NCBI RefSeq assembly: GCF_036321535.1
Contig: NC_087436.1
Coordinates: forward strand, 46,440,001 to 46,504,000
DNA length: 64,000 nucleotides
Direction: 5' to 3'
Origin: Camelus dromedarius
Taxonomy: Eukaryota
Shown: piece by piece, positions 26,271 through 36,632 of the stretch
How positions within the stretch are numbered: the first letter of the stretch is position 1
Layout of the letters: each line of letters begins with the position of its first letter
Translations under genes and position numbers: made by a program
The notes under the pieces: model-generated
Told to the model about the DNA's origin: nothing
The model's input: only the letters and a program-made list of their open reading frames with translations
Database searches by the model: none

Positions 26271-27024
26271 GTTTGTGGTTGGCACCCATGCCCGCTCGGT
26301 CCGAGCCCGCAATCAGCATAAGAGTGAGCAAGAATAGCCAAATTGGCTTGCAGAGTCCAGTCACTCCCTTTCCTCACGCAGAACATCAGGCTATTGGGCA
26401 CTTAGGACCTTAGCTACATGGATGAGGTCAAATGCATATTAAGAAGAAGAATCCTGAGCATATTAAGAGAGGAGGATGTTGAAGTCAAGCAGGAGCAATG
26501 AGGTACGGCGGGCAAGCTCTCTAGGACTGTGCCACGCCGTGGTGGCTTAATTGGCATGCATGGTAGTGCTCTGTGATATTTTTCAGTCGATTAAGTAATC
26601 CTAAGTACTCTGGAATTCAGCATCAATAAAATGGCCATGGCGTTCGTGCCCTATTATGCTGGTTGACGAGCTGACGGAAATTGAACTGGCGCTTTGTCTC
26701 TGGACTTTCTGCTCAGAGTGCAGGAGGCGGGTGATGCAAGGTTACCTGCTTCTTTAATACATGGCACTAAAAAGGCCCAACACCCACAGCAAAAAAGATT
26801 CATTTCTAACTAAAAATCTGGTTCCACCTTCCCGTTTCAAGGTTTGTATTCCTTTCAAGAAGAGCCAGAGGGTCTGATGTCAGACACAAGTGCCAGTTCT
26901 GTTTTGTTTGATGGTTATTACAAGTCTAATGTGTATCTTTATTTCTTTCTTGGGGCCTTCTGATGCCTATTCTTCAACTCTCTCATCTCTGAACTCCAAC
27001 CTTTGACCTCACCTGACTGATCAG

Positions 27025-27096
27025 ATGGTGTTTCCTAAAATCAATCATGGGTTTCTCTCTGCTGATCAGCAGCTCATTAAACGCCGCCTGATTAAG
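27025..27096 (+). CDS. COL25A1: COL25A1 NC2 exon (72 nt, MVFPKINHGFLSADQQLIKRRLIK)
   Basis: CTGATCAG acceptor, AAG|GTAGTG donor, translation matches collagen XXV NC2 as recalled. Confidence 0.96.
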
Positions 27097-27838
27097 GTAG
27101 TGCTTATTCTTGCTCGAGTCTGATTTCTCCTTTGCATTCAATTTTTACTCTGTATACTGTTGCTTTGCCATTTACCTCTCATGGGGAGGGATGGGGTGTG
27201 GGCAGTGGGCATTTATCTTAAAATATCCTAGAGCAAAATTATGTCTAATGAGCTGCAACTGTTTGAAATATATATGAAAATATCAAAATCAATAGGTAGA
27301 GAAAGCCTATCTAATTTTTTCTTAAACAAACCAAAAACAAAAAAAAAGCTTTAAAGTTATATCCAGTGATAGATCCAGTCTCTAAGCTCTCTAGCTTCGG
27401 TAATTTATAAATTATTACGCAGCATGACAAGAGCCTTGTATGCTTAATTTTATAGGTTATGAAAAAGTAAATATTTGTCCGACTATAAATGCAGCCACTT
27501 TACTAAGCAAGATGAATATAACTGATGCAGCATTGTCATGGATAAAGTTATGCAAAAGTTTTCTACCAGCTCTGAGTGTGATGATAACACACACACTGTT
27601 TCCAAGAGCTGGTTTCTGAGCGGCTTTGATTTTAACAGCGTCTGCCCCGCTCACCAGCATGAATATTTATTTGCTCCCCGCTGGCAAGCAAATTGCCTAC
27701 AGCCTTTACGTTTCTGGTTGTTCTGGTTCTTTTCATCGTGTAAATGTGGATTAGATAATACAGTTTAAAGTGCTGGAAAGAAGACCTGGGTCTTTACCTT
27801 TCATGGTTATTGTTGGTCTGTCCCCTCCTCCACTGTAG

Positions 27839-27946
27839 GGCGACCAAGGACAGGCGGGGCCCCCAGGCCCTCCAGGCCCTCCAGGCCCTAGAGGGCCTCC
27901 TGGGGACACAGGGAAGGACGGCCCCCGCGGAATGCCAGGAGTGCCT
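27839..27946 (+). CDS. COL25A1: COL25A1 collagenous exon (108 nt, [36 protein letters not shown])
   Basis: Pyrimidine tract plus CTGTAG acceptor, CCT|GTGAGT donor, 12 perfect Gly-X-Y triplets. Confidence 0.98.
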
Positions 27947-30271
27947 GTGAGTTGCTTTTTGAATCAGTTGTTCTCATGGGTTTTGTTTCATTTTAAGTGC
28001 TGAGAATTGGGATGGAGTTGGGGGGGGTGAGGCAGAGTGGAGTGGGTTGAGGGAAGTGGGATGATAAGAAAGTCCCCAAGCACAGAGGGCACTGCCAGAA
28101 GGATTCTGCTTTACCACCCACCCCACGGGGCACCCACGCCAACCACAAAGAGAGGCCTGGAGACAGCAACTGACCTGGTTTCCAGGTCAGGATCAAGAAG
28201 TCTTCCACTGGAGGTGACTGGTCTCACTTGTGACCTGAGTACCATAGTGTACCTCAGTGCCTTTGGTGTAAAACTAGGTGGGAGACTGATAACATTTTCC
28301 AAAGGATCAATAACAGAGACAATATAGTCCCATGCAATTTATGGAAAGTAAAAGAGGTAAGTCTTTCTACTATGTAATCCCTTGTAAGTAACTTGACCCT
28401 CTAAATTGCTGATAAAACAGTAAAATTAATGGTTAAAACATCAATGGGTATGGTTTGAATATCATTTGTCCTTTATATGTGAAGTTTATTAATAGAAATG
28501 ACTTAAAAGTGATCTCAGCGCTTAGATTCAAGTTACTTAGTTACTAAGATTGGCCAAGTGTCAATAATAGAGCAACAGAGGACACTAGATAAATGGTTTG
28601 GTTTGTTGGAGGCAACTCAGCAATTTAAAGAAATACATGGAAAATGTCAAAAATTTGTACACTTCAATTATGACTTTAGGACTTGAAATTCAGGTTTATT
28701 GCTGAATTAAATTATTTAATGTATTGCTTTAACTTAAATGATTTTCAGTAGTGTTTTTGTAATACAAAAGTAGTAGTGAAATTATTTATCTACAAAGTAG
28801 AAAAATTTGAAAATAAAGACAACTAGAAAAGAAAAAAAAATCAGCCATAGTCATTAATGTTTTGGTATATTTCATTTTATATTCCTATATTTATGTATTT
28901 TGAGTGATTCTTTTCTAAGTATATAGGGTACTTCAAAACTTTTCTGAGACAAAACTTTTTATAAGCCCCTTCCCCACCCACCCTTAAAGCTGCCGTAAAT
29001 TCGTCATGTGAAATAAGGAATTGACTTTCCACATGATCTGCTGGTTGTTAGGACTGATTTCACTGGACTATCCAAGGTAGTGGGTTCATCCTAAAACTGC
29101 CTTCTAGGGTCTCACATTTTCTCAGGATGAGACCCCAAGAGACAGAGAAAGCTGTAGCTTCAAGGACACTTAAAGCTCTCCAGTTGATTGCTGGTTGCCA
29201 ACAAAGATAGAATGAGTGTTTCTTCAAATAAGAATAGTTAAACCACTGTGATGGTACAAAATCAGTCAGATCCTTGGGCATTGTATACCTCACAGGAAAT
29301 TCAAGGCATAAATTACTTTTAAGAAACAAAGGTAAAAGGTATGACAAACTGTAACACATCCAAATATTATACCACCCTTCAAAGGAATAGAGTTTATTCA
29401 TTTAAGTGAGAAATGACTCTAAAAAGGTTCGTGAATATTTTTTAATTCCACAGATATAATTTGAACTGGATTTATGGTCTTAGAGTTAATTTGTATGCAC
29501 TATCACAACCACTAGAAAAAGATTCTATAAAAATAAACTGAGAAGTACTTATTTATAAAGTCCAGCAACATCTGTATGTATTGGCATTACAAGCATAGTT
29601 TTTCCAAAAAATATCTGAAGCCAATGGCTACCATTATAATAAGATGACAGTGAAACATGATATGAATTCTGTATTAATCTGAGTGTTAGGAATTAGTATA
29701 GCAATATGGCATGGCAGAATTTTCTCTATCAATGTTAATAAAACATGTTACTTCAACCATTGTTAATCCAGGAGGATCAAAGTTCAAGATCAATCTCTGC
29801 TCATTTTATTATTTAATTCCTGCACTAAGAGCAATTATCTCTCTCTCCTGTAATGTGGTAGTTCTGATTTCTCATAAAAAGAACATGTCATCATCTTTAT
29901 GTCATCATAAACAGAACATAATAATGAAATGTTACTGTAATTATCATTATTAATTTTCTAGGACCATTTGTTGATTTCCAATATACTATCTCCTACTAGC
30001 TTTATTTAAAATAGCTTCTTAGCATAATTCTTAAATCTCTACTGTAATCTGAACTCATTTTGTTAAATCCTAAAATTTTATAAAATGCATTTGGAGAAAG
30101 AACATCAGCTCGCTCTAATTTTCATTGCGTTTGCATTCCTCTAGTTAGCCTGAAAAGTATATATTTGACGTTCATGAACCCAAGTGGATATTTTGAAAAA
30201 GGAAAAAAAAAGATTGAAATTGGTTTTTACTGTTTACAGCACTAATAAAATTATCACTATTCTTTTTTAAG

Positions 30272-30307
30272 GGTGAACCAGGGAAACCAGGAGAACAAGG
30301 CTTGATG
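30272..30307 (+). CDS. COL25A1: COL25A1 collagenous exon (36 nt, GEPGKPGEQGLM) with GC donor
   Basis: TCTTTTTTAAG acceptor, 4 Gly-X-Y triplets, donor ATG|GCAAGT. Confidence 0.95.
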
Positions 30308-31954
30308 GCAAGTATTTCAATTTATCTTGTTCTACACTGAAATGAATAGAAAGACAAGTTACTCAAAACTGTGGTCAAGATTTTGTGTAATAAATGTGTC
30401 TGTCGTGTGACCTATGACAAAAAGAATGAGAATTAGTTAAAGTTTAAAAATGATAGGGCCTGTCCATCATATGGTAAGGATCACATGACAATGCATCTGC
30501 AGAACTGATACAGGAAGGAAACAGAAAGAGGTTCCAGGTGGAGTGAGTAACAGAGAGACTCTGAGGAAGACTCTGCTACAAATTCAGGGATAAGCCTATT
30601 AGCTTAAACAAAAATGAGTTTTCAAAGGATCCAGGAGTGACTACCTGTGCATTAGTACAGCACATCTTCTTTTTCTTTTGCTGAAGGTCTACAGCCAGAG
30701 AGAAACAGTTGTGCCTTCTTGATCCCTGTCATTACAAAAAATCATCAAGTGAGTCCTCTTGGGCTTTCCCGTAGACCTGCAGGTCCCAGCTCCTCAGGAT
30801 TGTGTGTCCTTTGCCAGTGAAAGAGAAGTTGGGGCAGCTGACTGAGCCCCAAAGAGTAGAATTCCTTCCACCAACTTCTCCCTGTCTCTTCCCCTCTGTC
30901 TCTGGGGCCACCTTTCTTCATGCCATAAACAATATTGGGGAACACAGAGTGATCCTATCTAATAACCCGAATTCCAGAGGACAGCTATATCTCACACTCT
31001 GTCTGGATGCAGTGATCACAACTGGCTTGATCACATCCATTCCACACGATGCGTGGCATGCAGCCTGCAGGTGTTCAGGATATAAAATTTATTTTTAAAA
31101 AATAGTTAGCTAGTCCTAGTGAAATGAATGCACAGGAACACGCTAGTCAGTCAGGAATTAAAACAAATGTGTGTTTGGGTTAAATGTCAAAGGCTTCTCC
31201 CCGCACAGGATGCCTTCAACAGCCCTCCTGGGGAGACACTCAGCAGGCTGCAGTCTTAGCTGTAGGGTAGCTCCCCTCGAAACGTCACTGGTGGAATGAA
31301 AGCATCCTGGGACCCAACCTGACCTACCGCTTGGAAGTTCTCTGTTCCTGACCTGTAGTATCAAGATAGATATTTGACAGAGATAATCAGGGGTGCTATA
31401 ATGGATTCTCTTTTAAAAGAATAAAATGAAAGAAAAAGAATAACAGAAGGACCATATGTGAAAATTAAATCCGTCATCCGTGGTAACTTCACATACAAGT
31501 ACAGCATTAGCTCTCAGGGTTATAGGATCATAGTGGGTGGAGGATTTTGGGAGAATGACAATATAAATTTTGAAATTGCTTTAAGCATTTGAATGCACCT
31601 GTAGTTTCTATCGTGGATAATGGTCAAACCATATTCCTCCCATACTTCCTTACACTGAAGGCTACTTGGGATTCTCAGGAGCCCTCGTTCGTTCCCAGGC
31701 ATGCAGAGTCCACCTAGTCCTAAATGAATTATCTTATTATCTTAGTTTGCTCCAATTTCCCATTTCATATAGCAACTTTTCAGGTAAAGATGATCCTGGA
31801 TATTTTTTCTCTAAACTTTTTCTTCTCCCTTTAAACTAGTCAGATTTAGTTCATACTCTCATTTCAAAAAATGCAGCTAAGAAACTCAATTGAAATCACA
31901 AATGTTCAAAGGCTATGTAATGTAATGATCTTCTAAAGTGCACTCTACTGTTTT

Positions 31955-32270
31955 TAATTATATAAAAAATTCTTTTTTAAAAGAAAATTTGTAACGTATA
32001 TAAAGAAAAGTAGACAAATCATAAGTATACGTCTTAGTGAATTTTCACAGTGAGCATAACTGTAACCACAAACCAGATCAAGAAATAGAAAGTTATCATA
32101 TCCTAGGAAACCCCCTTTATCCCACCCTCCGTCACTACCCCCTCTTCTGCCTTTGCCAATGTAGATTAATTTTGCGTGCATTTGAATTTTATATTAATAG
32201 AATCATACATGTAACTTTTGTGTCTGGCTTCTTTCGTTTAACATTATATTTGTGAGATCATCCACCTCTG
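31955..32270 (-). mobile_element. Old L1 (L1ME-like) 3' end
   Basis: GTGAATTTTCACAG...GTAACCACAAACCAGATCAAGAAATAGAA...GTCTGGCTTCTTTCGTTTAACATTATATTTGTGAGATCATCCA. Confidence 0.75.
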
Positions 32271-32374
32271 TTTTAATAGCCTTCACAGCTGGTTAAAAAA
32301 AAATTAAGAGGAAGAACCTTACTTCCTTGACTACCCTGTTAAAACTACATCACTCAAATAGCAGTAAATGAATG

Positions 32375-32550
32375 AATAGTCTGTCTGACCTTGGGCAAGT
32401 CACTTAACCTCTCAATTTCTCATCTGTAAAGAAAGGATAGTAATACCCTCTCTGCCTCCCTTATACGGCTGCCAAAGACAAATGCAATAAATTAGGAGAA
32501 AGCACTTTAAAATATATAATGAAGAACTACATGAGTATGTTATTATTATC
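32375..32550 (+). mobile_element. MIR SINE
   Basis: TGACCTTGGGCAAGTCACTTAACCTCTCAATTTCTCATCTGTAAA. Confidence 0.85.
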
Positions 32551-32581
32551 ATCACTCAATTATTCCCTCTAGAATAAATTA

Positions 32582-32856
32582 CAGGTGAGCACAGATTTAT
32601 ATAACAGATGTATTCCTGTAAAGTTCTATATGAATCAGATTTTCATAAATCAACATATCTTAAATGTGCTGGGGAATTTTGCTATTAAAGCAGTCCTATT
32701 CAGAGTCTTTTTGTAAAGCAATGTAATCCCCTAATTTCTCTTTCCAGCAAAACTGAGTTTTTATATATTATATTTGCTTAAAGTGAAATATTTCTATTAT
32801 TTTAAAAAGTATCATTTTAAAAATATCACTATGTTTGTTAACTTAAATAGCACCTG
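32582..32856. mobile_element. Small TcMar/Tigger-type DNA transposon remnant
   Basis: Terminal inverted CAGGTG...CACCTG flanked on both sides by TA (32580-32581, 32857-32858). Confidence 0.5.
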
Positions 32857-35800
32857 TATATTTTAACCCATCTCAGAGACAGGAAGATACTGCAAATATA
32901 GTCACAGCTGTTAGGAGGAGAAAATTTTTCTTAGAAATTTTCTTTTTTCTTTCAAATATTACGTGTGTGTTTGTGTGTCTGTGGGGGTGTGTGTTTTGGC
33001 TCTAAGTCTGGTAGAAAGAAAAGTACATTGTATCAGTAATCCTGGCCTCAGAACAATTTAGGAGTTTGTGACTATACTCTGTGATCCTTTTTACTGATCT
33101 ATAAAATATAGGCAGTAATTCCTCTTCTACCTATCTCACCTGCAATATGGTGAGAAGCAAGTGAAATAATAAAAATATGAAAATGCTTTGTGGAACGAAG
33201 ACTTCCATAAATGAGAACTATCGCTGTTAAGACAGAAACACCAGATGGCGTAAACTGGTGTGCTGAAAGACCTCTATAAGGGCCGGCAGCAGTGTGATAA
33301 TATCTGTCAATTAAATTAGAGTGTGTCAAATACTGCGACTGGTAGTGCAGCTTATTCCTTTTGTCCTGTTTGTTGCCATCGTTTTGGCTTTCTGTATATC
33401 ACATCATCTTACATTATCAGCTTTTCATATCGCACCTCTGTTCATCCACCAATTCGAACAAGGGAAGAAAAATAATAAGCATCACTGCTCTCATCTTTTC
33501 CATGATGTACAAAACCCATTACATTTATTGGTTTGTGTTGTGGAGGAGTGTTTGCTTACTTGAGGATCTTGAGAGGCACTGGAGAATGCTTTAAAATTTA
33601 AATTGTCTCTAATGATGGAAAAAACTAGGAATGATCTAAAATTAGCTCTGACAAAACTGTTTATGAGTGTGTCCGGTGGGGAATTAGTTTTCATAATCCA
33701 GGCTGTGTATTTTATACTGCAAAAATAGTCATCTGAAGATTAGCAGCATCCCTGATAGAATGAAAAAGAGGTCCTGCCTCTCAAGCAGTTTCACATTTAT
33801 TTAATCCTGCTGTGCCTCTATTCCGTAAACAAGACCTTCAGGTTTTCTGAGAAGTTCTGGAGGAGATTTTAAAAGGCAGAATCTTGAGCTAAAATAAACT
33901 GGACTCCATCTAAATCAGGAGAGAATTGCTCTGGCTTATAAAAGTTGACTCAAAAGTCAAACCAAGAACTAACCCACAACTGGAACTGCTAAAGTTCTGA
34001 ACCCTAGCAGGAATGATCTTTATTTTTCAGCTCTTCAGAAATTTTAATAGTTGTTAAAATAGTATTTTTTTTATCCCTACCTCCACTTTTGTGATAATGA
34101 TGCTGCTAAAGCTGTTAATAGTTGTTAAAATAGTATTTTTGAAAGTATCTTTCCTTTTCATGTTCTTACTGTTTCTTTCTTTGACAAATTAGTAGAAATT
34201 CCCCAAAGCATAAAACATAGATGATATATATTCAACATACCAACTAATCCAACTTTCCTGGAAATTATTTTTTCACCCAAAGTGTCTATAACCAAGATTT
34301 CATAGACCGTATCACTTTCCCTACTCTGAAACCCTTCCTTCCTCTCCCTCCCCCCAAATATATGCAAACTCCATAGCAAATCCATACGTCTCTTTCTGAA
34401 TTATGAGTACTTAAATTGTCACTCATTGGGCCCTGGTGGTGTCTGAGAGTTCAAAACTCAGAAAAATGCTTCTGTTATTGCTCCTTAAAGTGAAATTTGG
34501 ATTGTGTCCAAAGAGGTTAGAGATGTTTTTTAGTTTGTTTTGATTTTGCCTGCAAACACATTGAATACATTTGGGTCAAGTGAATATAATGTATTTTATG
34601 TTAGCTAATAACATAAGCATAAATAGTTGCTTCTGCTTCATTTAAGATAAAATTGAATTAACCAATATATGAAGATTTACTTTATCATATTTAGTTATAA
34701 TGCATTGCTAGCCCAGAGATTTGATAAAACTAATGATTTTACTTAACTGTGCTTTGCTCTGCCAGCCATATTAATCAGCAGGATGGCAGACATCGGAGAC
34801 AACAGCAGGCTTCCCTTTGTGACTTTAATCTGGCGGAGAAAACAAAACTTCAAATCACAAATAACCAAAACAGCCCAAATTATCTTAGGATATTTCGTTA
34901 TTAGACTAGATTTTAACAATGAAATCTTGTTTGTTAAAACTACGTTAACTGAGTTGTGCGCGCTGCCCGCTGGGACGCCCTGGCAAGCGTTCTGGTGCTG
35001 CATTATCCTCACTTAGTCTGGTTGTCCATGAAGCACATGTAACGGCCGCATCAACGGAGCCCTTCAGATCTGCTTGTGCTTTTGTCTAGAGCCTCCAATA
35101 CTTGGTTTTCCAAGTGGAGAATAACGCCTCCCCTTCTGCTGCTCTCCCACTGCCCCGTCCCGTTGCTCAGCTCTGGTGGATTCCTGTGTGCACGTGAACT
35201 TCTGTAGTGGTGTCTCAAGGTCGCGTTAGTATGGGGACAGAGAGGAGCACTTGACTTTCCTTTAAAGTTGATTTAGTCTTTCAGAAATAAAAAGCTGACT
35301 TGTGGGGAGCATTGTCAGGACCAATTTAAGAACACAGTCAAGTAACACAAATATGAAAAGAGAGTCTAAAAGGCTGAATAGATGACTGTCTGTAGTCTTC
35401 CCTAACTCATTTTGTTTTTCTTACCAACTTCCAGGCTGTGGATAAGCTCTATTTTTAATATTTTTCACTGGTTTCAGTCAAAGGTCTAATAAGCTATATC
35501 ATATTAGACATATTAATATATCTAGGCCTTAGATTCCTCATGTATAAAAGTGGTGAGACTAAATGACACCTGAGCCCTGTCCAGCTCTAAAGTCTTGTTA
35601 TCCAACTATATTTTCATTATAAAAGCATAGACATATATTAGATAGTCATTTGTCCATGTTATATATGTACACCACTATATTCTATAAATAATTAGATGCA
35701 ATGAATACAGTCATAATTAAGTTTTAATGCAAGAAAGACTTAAAAATTGTCTCTTTCAAATCTATAACCAATGTCTCTAATTATTATTTCTTTTAACAGA

Positions 35801-35949
35801 ATCCAACTTACTGTAGCTAAACTAATGCAAAATATGTCACTTATGTATAAGAATATTAATGAAATTGTAATTAATCTCTTTTACCAAATTCTCGTATCTT
35901 TTCACTAGATTAAGAAGAAACTTTTCAAAATAAAGCTGGGTCTGTGTTA

Positions 35950-36632
35950 GTCCTTATACCTGCAGATTAAGGGCAAATGTACAAATTTCAGGGCAAGAGT
36001 ACAAATGGAAATCTTTATACAGTAAGTCTAAATATTCAAAAGGCATAAACCAAATGAATTAAATGGTACGTAAAATACATTCTTTCCTCTAACCTTGAGG
36101 ATATGTCCTCACAAGGATAACCATGAGACATGTCCTCATAATGACTCAGAAAGTTCAAATGCAGAATGGTTGCACTCCTTGGAGATCCAGACCAGAGTGT
36201 GGCTCTGTGAAGAGAGCCTTAAACCAGCCCAGCTTCTGGCTGTGGCCTGCTCCGTTGGTCCCTCACACCTCCCTCCAACCCACATCTCTGTGAGACTCGA
36301 GCTCTCATGTAGACGTTTGGGATGCTCACAGGATCCAACTCCATCCACACGCTTCAAAATGCCCACCTCTTTGCCCCATCTTCCAGTTTATTGTCCTGCA
36401 CACCTGCAGTGTGGTTCTCCTTCAGAAGAACAAACCTGGGAAAAAGGCAACTCACAGTCTTTGAAGTGAGTTCCGGTCACTGGGGTAATGCATTCCAGGG
36501 TCCTTCATGCCCAAAGCACAGTCTCAGGTGGGGGTGGGCTCCCACAGGAGGAGGAATGCAGCCAAGGAAGAGTGCCCTAAAGCATGGGCCCCAAAGCAAG
36601 AGCCCTCTTGTCAGGGCTAAGGACAGTACTGG
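35950..36632. mobile_element. hAT-Tip100 DNA transposon remnant (MER115/Zaphod-like)
   Basis: GGGCAAGAGTACAAATGGA...GTCTAAATATT and terminal GCCCTCTTGTCAGGGCTAAGGACAGTACTG resemble remembered consensus; family name uncertain. Confidence 0.45.

Noticed and set aside
26335..26351. TAGCCAAATTGGCTTGC pairing with GCAAGCAAATTGCCTA (27684-27699) as a second selector
   Set aside because: Only about 14 pairs with two mismatches and a bulge, no colinear extension, and the 5' partner forms its own local hairpin; could be chance
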